Shown here: positions 40,824 to 51,084 of the stretch, piece by piece
How the letters are laid out: the number at the start of each line of letters is the position of its first letter
Position numbering within the stretch: the first letter of the stretch is position 1
Program-made: the position numbers and the translations under genes
Notes under the pieces: model-generated
Seen by the model: the letters and a program-made list of their open reading frames with translations, nothing else
Databases searched by the model: none
Told to the model about the DNA's origin: nothing
DNA from: Nannocystis pusilla
GTDB taxonomy: Bacteria > Myxococcota_A > Polyangia > Nannocystales > Nannocystaceae
Length of the DNA stretch: 64,000 nt
Strand: one strand, 5' to 3'
NCBI RefSeq assembly: GCF_051105105.1
Contig: NZ_CP185339.1

Positions 40824-41576
40824 ATGACCCAGGCCACCACCTCGGACCGTCCCCTGCCTGTCACTACTGGTCGTCGCCGACGTCGCTTCGGCCTCGCCAC
40901 CGCGGCGCTCGGCGCCGCCCTCCTCGGCAGCACGGTCGCCCCGTCGAACGCTGAAGCGGCCGTCCCTCGAGTGCTGCGACCAGGCACCCGCCCGATGCAG
41001 TTCCTGTTCGGCATCGGCCCCTCGTGGGGCATCGGCGGCTCGTCGTACTACTACGACGCCGGCTACTACGGCCCCGGCTGCGGAGCACCCGGCTTCCCGT
41101 GTCGCTACGGCGGCTTCGGCTACTGGGGCTCGTTCAAGCTGACCCAGGAGTTCAGCGGCCACTTCAGCGGCAACGCCTCCGGCCCGGCGCTGGGCATCCT
41201 CCTCAACGAGGAGTTCGGCTACCGCCGCTTCGGCTTCGTCGTCGCGCCCAAGTTCACCTACGACATCCAGGTCAAGCGCGACCTCGGCCTCTACATCTCG
41301 CCGAACGTCTCGCTGGGCTACCACCTGCTGTCGGACCGCTGGAACTACTACAACGGCGCCTACTACCACTACACGAACCACGCCGCGAACTTGCAGTTCG
41401 GCGTCGGTCTCAAGCTCATGCTCGACGACCGCTGGATCGTGTGGCTGCAGTTCCCGCAGTTCGACATGAGCTTCGGCCCGCGCTACGGCTACGGCTGCGG
41501 CGCCGTCCCCGGCGCCTGCCCGGCCTTCTTCATCGCCCGCCTGAACCTCCTGCTCGGCGGCGGCGTGTCGTTCTGA
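40824..41576 (+). CDS. Secreted Gly/Tyr-rich protein, possibly an outer-membrane beta-barrel
   Basis: AGGAG ribosome-binding site. Signal MTQATTSDRPLPVTTGRRRRRFGLATAALGAALLG. The C-terminus ends in Phe. Confidence 0.6.
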   Translation: MTQATTSDRPLPVTTGRRRRRFGLATAALGAALLGSTVAPSNAEAAVPRVLRPGTRPMQFLFGIGPSWGIGGSSYYYDAGYYGPGCGAPGFPCRYGGFGYWGSFKLTQEFSGHFSGNASGPALGILLNEEFGYRRFGFVVAPKFTYDIQVKRDLGLYISPNVSLGYHLLSDRWNYYNGAYYHYTNHAANLQFGVGLKLMLDDRWIVWLQFPQFDMSFGPRYGYGCGAVPGACPAFFIARLNLLLGGGVSF

Positions 41577-41587
41577 GCGAGCCGCGC

Positions 41588-42470
41588 GTGCCCGGCGGCG
41601 CGTCCCCTCTCGCTCGTCCGGTCGCCGTCGTCGGCGCCGGCTTCCTCGGCGCCCCCGTGGCCGCCGCGCTCGCGGCGACCGGGGGCGTCGGTGATCCACC
41701 TGTCCTTGCGACCACGCGCTCTGGGACATGGCCTGGCGGACATGTCCCGGAGGGCATCGAGCTCCGCCCGCTCGAACGTCGCCGCGCTCGCCCCGGCCGA
41801 CATCGCCGCGGTCCTCGCCGGCGCGCGCGCGCTGGTCGTCTGCTACGCCCCCGGCAAGCAGCAGGACCGCCGCGAGCTCTACGTCGAGGGTACCCGACGG
41901 CTGCTCGCCGCCGCGGTCACTCTCCCGCTCACCCGCCTCGTCTACACCTCATCCACCTCGGCCCTGCCCGACCGCGACGGCTGGCTCGACGACGACTGCC
42001 GCGAGTGGCCCGACGAGCCGCGGGGCCGCGTGCAGCGCGAGGCCGAGGAGCTGGTGCGCGACACCTGCACGCGCCGCGCGGTGCCGTGGACGATCCTCCG
42101 CCTCGGCGGCCTCTACGGTCCGGGTCGCGAGCTGTTCCGCCTCTACCGCGGCGCCGACGACGACGCAGTCCTTGCGGGCGACGGCATGCAGCCGACCAAC
42201 CTCATCCACTGCGAGGACGCCGTGCAGGCCGTCCTCGCCGCCTTGACCCTCGCGCCGGACGAGCACGGCGTCGTCAACGTCGTCGACGACGACCACACCC
42301 CGCGGCGCGAGATCTTCGCTCGCCTCGCCGCCCTCGCCGGGCGACCGCCCCCGCAGTGGGAGCGGCCCGCGGGTCCGGCCGCGATCGGCAAGCGGGTCGG
42401 CAACGCGCGCCTGAAGACGCTCCTGCGCGTGGCCCTCCGGCATCCCTCTCACACCCCGGCGAGCCCCTGA
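41588..42470 (+). CDS. NAD(P)-binding epimerase/SDR-fold protein. Frame disrupted by +1 at 41774 (GAACGTC), beside a palindromic element.
   Basis: The Rossmann N-terminus RPVAVVGAGFLGAPVAAALAATGG reads in one frame up to ...PEGIELRPLE. The remainder (NVAALAPADIAAVLAGARALVVCYAPG...) reads in the +1 frame. Confidence 0.65.
41697..41760. repeat. Palindromic element (CACCTGTCC, GGGACATGGCC, GGACATGTCC) inside the SDR coding region
   Basis: Codons across it have low GC3: tct ggg aca tgg cct ggc gga cat gtc. Confidence 0.65.
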
Positions 42471-42512
42471 TCTTGCGTGCCTCGGGCGGGTGGTTAAACC
42501 CCTGAGCACGCC

Positions 42513-43409
42513 ATGAACGTCGCCGCCGCCGTCACCCACCTCCTTCCCCTCCCGGCCGGTGGCGGCGTCGCCGCCCCTCTTGATGTGGTGGAGCTCCAGT
42601 CCGAGCTCAACGTCCTCGCCGACGAGGCCCTGCGCGCGCGCCGCCAGGGCCTTTCTTTGTTGGCCGCCGTCCGCGACCCGCGTTTCCCGGCCCTCCAGAG
42701 CTTCCACCAGGGCCTGCGCGACGCCCTCTTCCTCGAGATACCGGAGGAGCTGGAGCCGTGGGCGCGGCTCGCCGCCAACGGAGCCGGCAATCCGCCGCTG
42801 CAGCACATGCTCGTCGACTTCGCCCGCGGCGGCGACGACGACCGGCGCAGCGCCCTCCAGGCCGCCCTGGCCGAGCTGCTGGTGTTCGAGGCCATCCGTC
42901 TGCGCCTGTTCGTCACCGCCTTCCGCGGCGAAGAGTTCGAGGTCGTCGGCGGCGAGGAGTCCGACGTCGACGCCATCGCCTACACCGAGGTAGCGACGCT
43001 CCTCCACCGCCCCGAGCTGGCCGACCCCGATGTCCGCCCGCTCACCGTCCTGCTCGCGTCCGCCTCCGTCTCGCTGGCCCGCGACGCCCAGTCGCGCGCC
43101 GAGGAGCTGCGTGACACCGGCGAGGACACCCGGGAGGAGCTGCGCATGCGCGCCCGCCTCCGCGCCGCCCTCCGCGAGCTCCGTCTGCCCGAGGCCGTCC
43201 TGCTGGAGAACGCCCTGGCCGCGCTGCTCGGCGAGGAGCGGCGCGAACTCACCGAACTGCAGGCCGAGCGCCCCGTCGCCCTCGACGGCATGACTCGCCA
43301 GGCCATGGATCAGCGGGTCTCTCGCGGCCGGCGAGCGCTCGCCCACCCCCGCTCGACCTGGCCCCGCCGCCGCCGCCCGGCCCTGTTCGATCTGCTCCAG
43401 CGCGCCTGA
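42513..43409 (+). CDS. Hypothetical protein
   Basis: 298 aa with high GC3. Confidence 0.55.
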   Translation: MNVAAAVTHLLPLPAGGGVAAPLDVVELQSELNVLADEALRARRQGLSLLAAVRDPRFPALQSFHQGLRDALFLEIPEELEPWARLAANGAGNPPLQHMLVDFARGGDDDRRSALQAALAELLVFEAIRLRLFVTAFRGEEFEVVGGEESDVDAIAYTEVATLLHRPELADPDVRPLTVLLASASVSLARDAQSRAEELRDTGEDTREELRMRARLRAALRELRLPEAVLLENALAALLGEERRELTELQAERPVALDGMTRQAMDQRVSRGRRALAHPRSTWPRRRRPALFDLLQRA

Positions 43410-43793
43410 AGACTCGCCGAACGAAAGCGCGACGGCTGGTCGACGCAGCTTCGAAGCCGTGCGGCCTGCCCCGCGACCACAGCCGAGCGTCGAGCGACCA
43501 CATGTGCCTCGTTCCACGGCACCGGTTCCGACCGCCCAGCGTGGCTCGACCAGCTCCGACTCGCGTCCGGCTGGTGGCGCTCACCGGTCGGCGCGCCGCA
43601 GAACATCGCCTGTCCCGGGGATCGCCATCGAACGGGCGCGAACCGAGGGACCGTCGCTGACATCGTACGCTGCCCTTTGGGCCCCTGGAGCCGCGGCTTT
43701 GGAGGCGCGCCGCGCGTGCGAGGTCGACGTCACGGATCTCGCCTCGCGAACGGGTTCACGGCGGGCGCGACCCTGGTATGCTCCGCGCCCGCC

Positions 43794-44330
43794 ATGGCCG
43801 CCCCACCCGAACCCACACGCGGACCGCGGATCGCCCTCGCAGCGGTGATCGCCGGTCTCAGCCTCGGCCTCGACCTTTGGAGCAAGGCGTGGGTCTGGAA
43901 CAACCTGCGAGACCAGGCCGCCTGGAAGGTCAGCGACAAGCTGCTGCACTTCGACTTCGCCTGCAATCCCGGCTCTGCCTTCGGGTTCCTCAACGACGTC
44001 GACTGGGCGCGCTACTTCTTCATCGTCATCACCCTGGCCGCGGTCGGCTACCTCGTCCACCTCGCGCGGACCTTGCCGACCACCAGCCGGGCCGCCTTCA
44101 TCGCCATCGGCCTGATCGCCGGCGGCGCCCTCGGCAACCTGCACGACCGCCTGGTCCGGGTCTACGCCGGCGACTACTGCGTGGTCGACTTCATCGTCGT
44201 CTACCTGTGGGGCGGCAAGACCTGGCCGGCCTTCAACATCGCCGACGCCGTCCTGGTCGCGGGCGTGTTGTTGTTCCTGCTCGTGCTGCCGCGCACCGAG
44301 GCCGCCGCCGACGACCGGACCTCCGCCTGA
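43794..44330 (+). CDS. lspA: Lipoprotein signal peptidase (signal peptidase II), copy 1
   Basis: LspA motifs NPGSAFG and FNIADAVLVAG. Confidence 0.85.
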   Translation: MAAPPEPTRGPRIALAAVIAGLSLGLDLWSKAWVWNNLRDQAAWKVSDKLLHFDFACNPGSAFGFLNDVDWARYFFIVITLAAVGYLVHLARTLPTTSRAAFIAIGLIAGGALGNLHDRLVRVYAGDYCVVDFIVVYLWGGKTWPAFNIADAVLVAGVLLFLLVLPRTEAAADDRTSA

Positions 44331-44830
44331 GCCTCGTGCTGCCCGGGGCAACCATCTGCCTGAGCCACTGGCCCCGGCGCCTCGAGCCCGAGGCTGCGGC
44401 CGACAATCGGACCTCCGCCTGAGCCGCGAGCTGCCCCGCCGCGAGGCAGCCGGCATCGGCGAAGCGCGAGCTCCCGCGCCGCGAGGCAGCCGACCTCGGA
44501 GTTCCGCCCGAACCCTCGAGCTGCCCAGCCAATGCACCGAGGCGGCGCCCGACGAGCGGACCTCCGCCTGAGCCGCGAGCTGCCCCGCCCCGAGGCAGCC
44601 GGCATGGGCGAAGCGCGAGCTCCCGCGCCGGGAGGCAGCCGACCTCGGAGTTTCGCCCGAACCCTCGAGCTGCCCAGCCAATGCATCGAGGCGGCGCCCG
44701 ACAATCGGACCTCCGCCTGGGGACCTCCGCCCGAACTCTGGAGCTGCCCCGCCCAGGACCCCGGGAGGCGGCCGACGATCGGACTCCGCCTGAGCCTTGA
44801 GCTCCCGCTCCGAACCCCGCCGCTACCCGC
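44292..44830. repeat. Tandem direct repeat of about 150 bp (about 3.5 copies) seeded from the 3' end of lspA copy 1
   Basis: Units start near 44292, 44386, 44536, 44686 and 44770. Each re-creates ...GAGGC(G/C)GCGCCCGACRAKCGGACCTCCGCCTGAGCC, encoding DxRTSA*. Confidence 0.75.
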
Positions 44831-45022
44831 TGAACCTGCCTCGTGCCTACCAAGGCGACGGGCCGGCCGAACTCGCCGGAAGCGCCTAGCGGCGACCGCG
44901 CAGCCGAGCCCACAACCCTGCCCGGCTGCCTTTCCGACCGCCTCTGCGCCCCGCGGCCCAGCGGCGGCTGCGCTTGCTCGCCCTGATGCCTCGGGTACAC
45001 TGGCCCGGTTTTTCGGCCCTAC

Positions 45023-45607
45023 ATGAGCGACACGCCAGCATCGAACCGGCTCCGGCCAATCCTCATCACCGCCTCTGCAGCCGCGGTGTTTCTGATCCTC
45101 GACCTCGTGACCAAGAGCTGGGCCTGGGACAACCTCCGGCCGCCGAACCGGCAGATTGCCGCGATCGGCAACTGGTTCCACTGGTCCTACAGCTTTAACA
45201 CGGGCTCCGCCTTCGGCTTCCTGCGCGGCCAGGACTTCTCGCGCCCCCTGTTCATCGTCGTCACCCTCGTGACGGTGGTCTACATGGCCGCCCTCGTCCG
45301 CAAGCTGCCGACCGACCGCCTGTACGGCTTCTTCGCCATCGGCTGCATCATCGGCGGCGCCCTCGGCAACATGCACGACCGCCTGTTGCGCCAGGACACC
45401 GACCCCCACGGCAACCTCACCCACGGCGTGGTCGACTTCATCCGCGTGTGCTCCCCGTGGAACCCTCGCGGTCTGTGCTGGCCGAACTTCAACGTCGCCG
45501 ACATCGCCCTCGTCGTCGGCGTCCTGCTGCTCATCCCGTACTTGATGTTCCACGCGCAACCACCGGAAACAAAAGAGAATACAGCCGAGGCAAAACCCGC
45601 TTCCTGA
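45023..45607 (+). CDS. lspA: Lipoprotein signal peptidase (signal peptidase II), copy 2 (paralog)
   Basis: LspA motifs FNTGSAFGF and FNVADIALVVG. Confidence 0.85.
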   Translation: MSDTPASNRLRPILITASAAAVFLILDLVTKSWAWDNLRPPNRQIAAIGNWFHWSYSFNTGSAFGFLRGQDFSRPLFIVVTLVTVVYMAALVRKLPTDRLYGFFAIGCIIGGALGNMHDRLLRQDTDPHGNLTHGVVDFIRVCSPWNPRGLCWPNFNVADIALVVGVLLLIPYLMFHAQPPETKENTAEAKPAS

Positions 45608-45982
45608 GCCGCGATCGCGCCCGGACAACGCCGACCTGAGCGAGAGCGAAGCGCGAAACCTGGCAGCCGCCACCTAAAGCCGACACCCCAAGCTCCGCGC
45701 GCAAGTCCCCCTGGTCGAGCCGCGCCCGATTGCCGCCCAGGAAACCCCCTGGACCGTCCTCGGCCCGCCTGCTGCCAAGAAGCCTCCTGTACGCCCTCGG
45801 CCCGCCTCCCCGGCAAGCGGGGGCCCGTTCACCCGCGGGCCTGCCAGCTTCTCAGGGCACCGGACGGCGAATCGAGGAGTTCCCTGCGCGGCAGGGCCCC
45901 CAGTCGCCCTCCGTCTTTTCGCCTGCCGGCCAGGCCACTCACCGAGTGCCGCCGCTGCGAGTCGAGCTCGGAAGCCGACCGC

Positions 45983-47248
45983 TCAGACCCGCTCGAACGC
46001 GCGCACCTTGTCCCAGGACTCGCGGCGTTCGGCCTCCGGGTCGGAGTCGATCACGATGCCCCCACCGCTCTGCAGCCACAGCCCGGCCGCGTCGGCCACC
46101 CCGGTGCGGATCGGGATGCTGCAGCGCAGCCCGTCGGGCAGCAGCGCCACGATCGCCCCGCAGTAGATCCCGCGAGCGCGCTGCTCCAGTCGCTCGATGT
46201 GCTCCACCGTTCGCCGCTTGGGGGCTCCCGTCACGCTGCCGCCGGGGAACACCGCCGCCATCACCTCCGCCAGCGTCCATCCCTGGCGCAGCGTGCAGCG
46301 GACCTCCGACACCAGGTGATGCACCGTCGGCAGCGTCACCAGTTCGGGCCGGGCCGGCGCGCGGACCGAACCCGGGCGCGCGAGCCGGCCGAGATCGTTA
46401 CGCACAAGATCAACGATCATCACATGTTCAGCGAGATCTTTGATGCTCTGCTGCAACTCTTCTTGGGCTGCCCGGTCGCGCCCAGGATCGGCCCCTCGCG
46501 GGCGCGTGCCCTTGATCGGCCACGAGCGCGCCAGGTCGCCGCCGTCCTCTCCCGCCCCCAGCTCGATCGCCAGCAGCGTCTCCGGCGAATTGGAGATCGC
46601 CCAGCGCCCGCACGGCCGCCCGGGCTCGATCGCCAGCAGACCTCCCATGCTCGCCGGCGTCGCCGCCTGCACTGCCGCGTACACGGCCGCCGCCCTGGCC
46701 GCCACCGGCCGACTCTCCCATTCCGGCAGCCACCTGGCCACGAACGGCTGCGTCAGGTTGATCTGGTACGTCTCCCCGGCCGCGATGAACTCCTGCGCCC
46801 GGCGCACGCGCCCCCGGTAGTCCTCGGCGGCCACCAGCGCCTCGACCGGACCGAGCGGCCAGTCCTGTCCCCAAGGCCAGGTGGCAGTCGCCAGCCGCGC
46901 CAGCAGCTCCGCCCCCGCGCGAGCGTCCCCGTGGATCCGTTCGCGCGCCCCGAGCTCGAGCGCCGCCCGGTAACGGCGGAGCACCAGCCCCGGCAAGCTC
47001 GCCGCCTTCGGCGGGCGGCCGAGCAGCGCCGCCGTGCCGACCTCGTAGGTCAGCCAGCCGAACCACGGCAGCGCCGGTTCCGCTCGCCAGAGCGCCTCGA
47101 TCGTCGGCAACGCCGTCAGATCGTCGGCCACCACCTCGAGGTCGGGCTCGAGCGCCACGAACCCACGGCCGGCCCCGCCGTCGAGCCACGCCAGCGCTCC
47201 GCCCGGCTCCGACGCGGCCAGCGCCGCGATCTGGCGCGCCCGGGTCAC
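45983..47248 (-). CDS. Chorismate-binding enzyme, aminodeoxychorismate/anthranilate synthase component I-like
   Basis: Chorismate-binding motifs LVRNDLGRLARPGSV, VFPGGSVTGAPK and IYCGAIV. The GTG start overlaps the pgsA stop. Confidence 0.8.
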   Translation of the reverse strand: MTRARQIAALAASEPGGALAWLDGGAGRGFVALEPDLEVVADDLTALPTIEALWRAEPALPWFGWLTYEVGTAALLGRPPKAASLPGLVLRRYRAALELGARERIHGDARAGAELLARLATATWPWGQDWPLGPVEALVAAEDYRGRVRRAQEFIAAGETYQINLTQPFVARWLPEWESRPVAARAAAVYAAVQAATPASMGGLLAIEPGRPCGRWAISNSPETLLAIELGAGEDGGDLARSWPIKGTRPRGADPGRDRAAQEELQQSIKDLAEHVMIVDLVRNDLGRLARPGSVRAPARPELVTLPTVHHLVSEVRCTLRQGWTLAEVMAAVFPGGSVTGAPKRRTVEHIERLEQRARGIYCGAIVALLPDGLRCSIPIRTGVADAAGLWLQSGGGIVIDSDPEAERRESWDKVRAFERV

Positions 47249-47844
47249 TCGGCGTTCTTCTGCGCCAGCGCCTCGCGGAAGCCGAACGTGTAGTCGACCG
47301 CGCTCTTGATCGACACGAACACCGACAGGCCGAGCAGCACCAAGCCGACGCGATGGAAGTCGAGCGCCTCCTCGATGCCCGGCAGGCGGTAGCGGTAGTG
47401 CATCAGCAGGAACGAGATGCCCGTCAGCTGGAACGCCGTCTTCGCCTTACCGCCGGCGCTGGCGGCGATGATGATGTTCTCCGAGCTGGCGAGCGAGCGC
47501 AGGCCGTTGATGTAGAACTCGCGGGTCAGCAGCAGCACCACCAGCCAGGCGGGCGCGCGGTCATCCATCACCAGGTAGATGAGCACCGCCGCCACCATGA
47601 TCTTGTCGGCGAGCGGGTCGACGAACTTGCCGAACACCGTCACCAGGCCGGAGCGGCGGGCCAGCCAGCCGTCGATCAGGTCGAGCAGCGACGCCACCGT
47701 GAACAGCAGCGACGCGAGCACGCAGCGCCACGGATCGGTCTTGTCGATCAGCATGAGCACCGGCGGGATGAGGAACACCCGACCGATGGTGATCATGTTG
47801 GGGAGATTCAGGATCTCCCGGCGGAAGCCTTCGTACCTCTTCAC
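47245..47844 (-). CDS. pgsA: CDP-diacylglycerol--glycerol-3-phosphate 3-phosphatidyltransferase
   Basis: CDP-alcohol phosphatidyltransferase motif DGWLAR...G...D...AD. The N-terminus reads NLPNMITIGRVF. The start is uncertain (GTG at 47844 or ATG at 47796). Confidence 0.75.
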   Translation of the reverse strand: MKRYEGFRREILNLPNMITIGRVFLIPPVLMLIDKTDPWRCVLASLLFTVASLLDLIDGWLARRSGLVTVFGKFVDPLADKIMVAAVLIYLVMDDRAPAWLVVLLLTREFYINGLRSLASSENIIIAASAGGKAKTAFQLTGISFLLMHYRYRLPGIEEALDFHRVGLVLLGLSVFVSIKSAVDYTFGFREALAQKNAE

Positions 47845-47922
47845 AGAAAGCCGCGGGAGCCTACCCCGAAGCCAGGGCCACGTCCAAGACAAGACGCGAG
47901 GCCCCGCGAGATCGGCGGCGGC

Positions 47923-48685
47923 TCACGGCCCGGCGATCGCCCGCGCGGGGCTCGCCCCGCCGGCCCCGTCCTGAAGCAGCCGCTCGTACGCATAGAACCG
48001 GCGCAGGACCGCCTTCACGTACGCCCGCACCCCCGGGTGTGGCGGTACCCCGCCGTACTTCTGCACCGCGCCGGCGCCCGAGAAGTAACCGGCCGCCACC
48101 AGCACCATGTCGCCGCCGAACCGGTTGGCCAGGAGGCGCAGGAACTTGGCCCCGCCGTAGATGCTTCTGGCGTGGGTCGAACGGCTGCTGGACCCCGAGG
48201 AAGCGCGCAGTCGACGGCATCAGCTGCATCAGCCCCATCGCCCCGGTGCTGCTGACCGCCCCGGGATAGTAGTTGCTCTCGGTGTGAATCACCGCGCGCA
48301 CCAGCGACTCGGGCAGCTGATACAGCCGCGCCGCCCCGCGGATGTGCGTCTCCCAGCGACGCGAGCGTTCGTCGGCCAGCGCCTCGGCGACCTCGACCTG
48401 CGGATCGCGGCGCGGCGCCGATGGTTCCGCCTCGGCCGCCGCTGTCTTCGGCGCCCCGCCTTCGCCGCCGCTGCCTGGCATCTCTTCGACCTCGCGTCGT
48501 CCCGCGCCGACAGCGCGCACGGGCGTCACGTGGACCACCCCCTGCGCGTCCGTGTAGCGGCGGTAGGTCGGTTCGGCCGCACCCGCGGTGCCCGGAAGCG
48601 CGATCAGGATCGCCGCCAGCACCGCCGCGCAGCTGTCCCGCGTCTGCCAGGTCCGCCGCTGCGGCATGGGCCGATCCGCTCCCAC
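47923..48685 (-). CDS. Lytic transglycosylase (SLT domain) with signal peptide. Frame disrupted by +1 near 48160 (not at GACGTC).
   Basis: The catalytic region ESNYYPGAVSSTGAMGLMQLMPSTARFLGV...FDPRQ reads in one frame. The rest of the SLT domain (IYGGAKFLRLLANRFGGDMVLVAAGYFSGAGAVQKYGG) reads in the +1 frame. Confidence 0.7.
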
Positions 48686-48756
48686 GGGCCCAGCCTATCG
48701 CCGCCGCGGACCCTTGTCGACCGGCCCCGCCGCTCTGCTACTTTCGCCCCACCACC

Positions 48757-50370
48757 ATGACCGCCAGCACGCCGATCCACCACGCGCGCTACCTCGTGCT
48801 CGGCAGCGGGCTCGCGGGCCTCTACTTCGCCCTCGAGGTCGCGGATCGCGGACCGGTGGTGATCCTCACCAAGCACCGCGCCGAGTCGAGCAACACCCGC
48901 TGGGCCCAGGGCGGGATCTCGGCCGTGTTCGCGGGCGACGACTCGCTCGAGGAGCACATCGAGGACACGCTGACCGTCGGCGCCGGCCTGTGCAACCGCG
49001 ACATGGTCACCTACGCCGTCCAGCGCGGGCCCACCCTCGTGCGGCGCCTGGCCGAGCGCTACGGCGTCCGCTTCGATCGCGTCGGCGGCGACGAGCACGC
49101 CCCCTTCGAGCTCGGGCGAGAGGGCGGGCACTCGCGCCGGCGGGTCGTGCATCACCGCGACACCACCGGCTACGAGATCGAGCGCGCCCTGCTGGCGGCC
49201 GCGCACGCCCACCCCAACATCACCATCCACGAGCACCACACCGTCATCGACCTCCTGAGCTGGACCAAGGTCGACGGCAGCCGCGGCTGCTTCGGCGTGT
49301 ACGCGCTCAACAACGCCGCCGACCGCGTCGAGGCGTTCGTCGCCCCGATCACCGTCCTCGCCACCGGCGGAGCCGGCCGCGTCTACCGCTATACGACCAA
49401 CCCGGCGGTCGCCACTGCCGACGGCGTCGCGGTCGCCTACCGGATCGGCGCCTCGGTCGGCAACCTCGAGTTCATGCAGTTCCACCCGACCTGCCTGCAC
49501 CACCCCGACGCCAACACCTTCCTGATCTCGGAGGCGCTGCGCGGCGAGGGCGGCATCCTGCGGCGGGCCGACGGCAGCGATCTCATGGCCGAGCGGCACC
49601 CGATGGGCTCGCTCGCCCCGCGCGACGTTGTCGCCCGCGAGATCGACGCCGAGCTCAAGCGGTCGGGCGAGCGCTGCGTGTTCCTCGACATGACGCACCT
49701 CGATCCCGACTACGTGGTCAGCCGCTTCCCGGCGATCCACGCCCGCTGCATGTCGGTCGGCATCGACATGCGCAAGGACCCGATCCCGGTGGTCCCCGCG
49801 GCCCATTACATGTGCGGCGGCGTCGTCGTCGATCGCCACGGCCGCACCGACATCCCCGGCCTGATGGCGATTGGGGAGGTCGCGATGAGCGGCCTCCACG
49901 GCGCCTGCCGCCTGGCCTCCAACAGTTTGCTCGAGGCGGTCGTCCTCGCCGACGGCGCCGCCCAGGCCTGCGACGACTTCGGCCGCGGCCCGCCCGATCA
50001 GGTCAGCCCGTGGAACGAGGGCGCCGCGCGCGATTCGGACGAGGCGGTCATGGTCTCGGCCAACTGGGAGGAGGTGCGCGCCGCCATGTGGAACTTCGTC
50101 GGCATCGTCCGCTCGGACAAGCGCCTCGAGCGCGGGCGGCGGCGGCTCGACCTCATCCGCGAGGAGATCCTCGAGTACTACTGGAAATTCCGCGTCACCC
50201 GCGACGTGCTCGAGCTGCGCAACATCTCTCTGGTCGGCAGCCTCATCATCGACTGCGCCCGCCAGCGCAAAGAGTCGCGCGGCCTCCACTACACGATCGA
50301 CTACCCGACCACGCGCGACGAGTACGCGCACGACATCATCCTCGACAAGCGCAGCGGGCCCAAAGCCTGA
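48757..50370 (+). CDS. nadB: L-aspartate oxidase
   Basis: Translation MTASTPIHHARYLVLGSGLAGL. Flavoprotein motifs RWAQGGI and HYMCGG are present, and the C-terminus is RESRGLHYTIDYP. Confidence 0.9.
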   Translation: MTASTPIHHARYLVLGSGLAGLYFALEVADRGPVVILTKHRAESSNTRWAQGGISAVFAGDDSLEEHIEDTLTVGAGLCNRDMVTYAVQRGPTLVRRLAERYGVRFDRVGGDEHAPFELGREGGHSRRRVVHHRDTTGYEIERALLAAAHAHPNITIHEHHTVIDLLSWTKVDGSRGCFGVYALNNAADRVEAFVAPITVLATGGAGRVYRYTTNPAVATADGVAVAYRIGASVGNLEFMQFHPTCLHHPDANTFLISEALRGEGGILRRADGSDLMAERHPMGSLAPRDVVAREIDAELKRSGERCVFLDMTHLDPDYVVSRFPAIHARCMSVGIDMRKDPIPVVPAAHYMCGGVVVDRHGRTDIPGLMAIGEVAMSGLHGACRLASNSLLEAVVLADGAAQACDDFGRGPPDQVSPWNEGAARDSDEAVMVSANWEEVRAAMWNFVGIVRSDKRLERGRRRLDLIREEILEYYWKFRVTRDVLELRNISLVGSLIIDCARQRKESRGLHYTIDYPTTRDEYAHDIILDKRSGPKA

Positions 50371-50385
50371 GCCCACCTGGCCTTT

Positions 50386-51084
50386 GTGACAGGAATCAAC
50401 CGAGCCGTGCCCACGCTCCGCGCACCCGGCCTTCGGCGGCCCGTACGGCGCCGCTCGTCCTTGCTGCTCGCAGGTCTGTTGCTGATCGCCTGTCGCGGCG
50501 GAGGCGGCGCGCGCAGCCCCGAAGCGTTGCGCGAGGCCTATGCCCGCGCTCTGGCCGCCGACGACCCGGCAGCTGCGTACGCGCTGCTAAGCCCGGAGCT
50601 GCGCGCGGCGACCTCGAAAGAGGCGTTCACGGCGCGCTGGAAAGCGCAGGCGGCCGAGCGCTCGGCAGCCAAGGCCGCGCTCGACACGCTGCCTCCGGCG
50701 CTCAGGACGCCGGTGCGCGGCGGCGAGACCATCCACGACGGCGCCGTGCTCGCATGGGCGCAAATCGGCGGCGAGTACCAGGTCGTGACCGGCCTGCCGG
50801 GCTTGCCGGACCTCTCGACCCCGGCTAGCGCGATTCGGGCCTTTCTGGCCGCCGTTCGGCGGGCCGATCTCGGCGCGCTCTCCGCGCTGCTCGCAGACGA
50901 TCTCTCTTCGCGCCTCCGCGACGACTGGAACCGCCGGGCGGACCTTCTGGAGCAACTCCTGAAGCAACCTGGGGCAATTGAGTTCACGCCGGGGATGGAA
51001 CGCGCGATCCTGCGCTACGAGCCCGGGCGCGCCCTGACGCTCGAGCAGACTCCTCAGGGATGGCGGATCGTGGCCCTGCAGTGA
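50386..51084 (+). CDS. Hypothetical lipoprotein
   Basis: LLLAGLLLIAC lipobox. GC3 is moderate. Confidence 0.5.
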   Translation: MTGINRAVPTLRAPGLRRPVRRRSSLLLAGLLLIACRGGGGARSPEALREAYARALAADDPAAAYALLSPELRAATSKEAFTARWKAQAAERSAAKAALDTLPPALRTPVRGGETIHDGAVLAWAQIGGEYQVVTGLPGLPDLSTPASAIRAFLAAVRRADLGALSALLADDLSSRLRDDWNRRADLLEQLLKQPGAIEFTPGMERAILRYEPGRALTLEQTPQGWRIVALQ

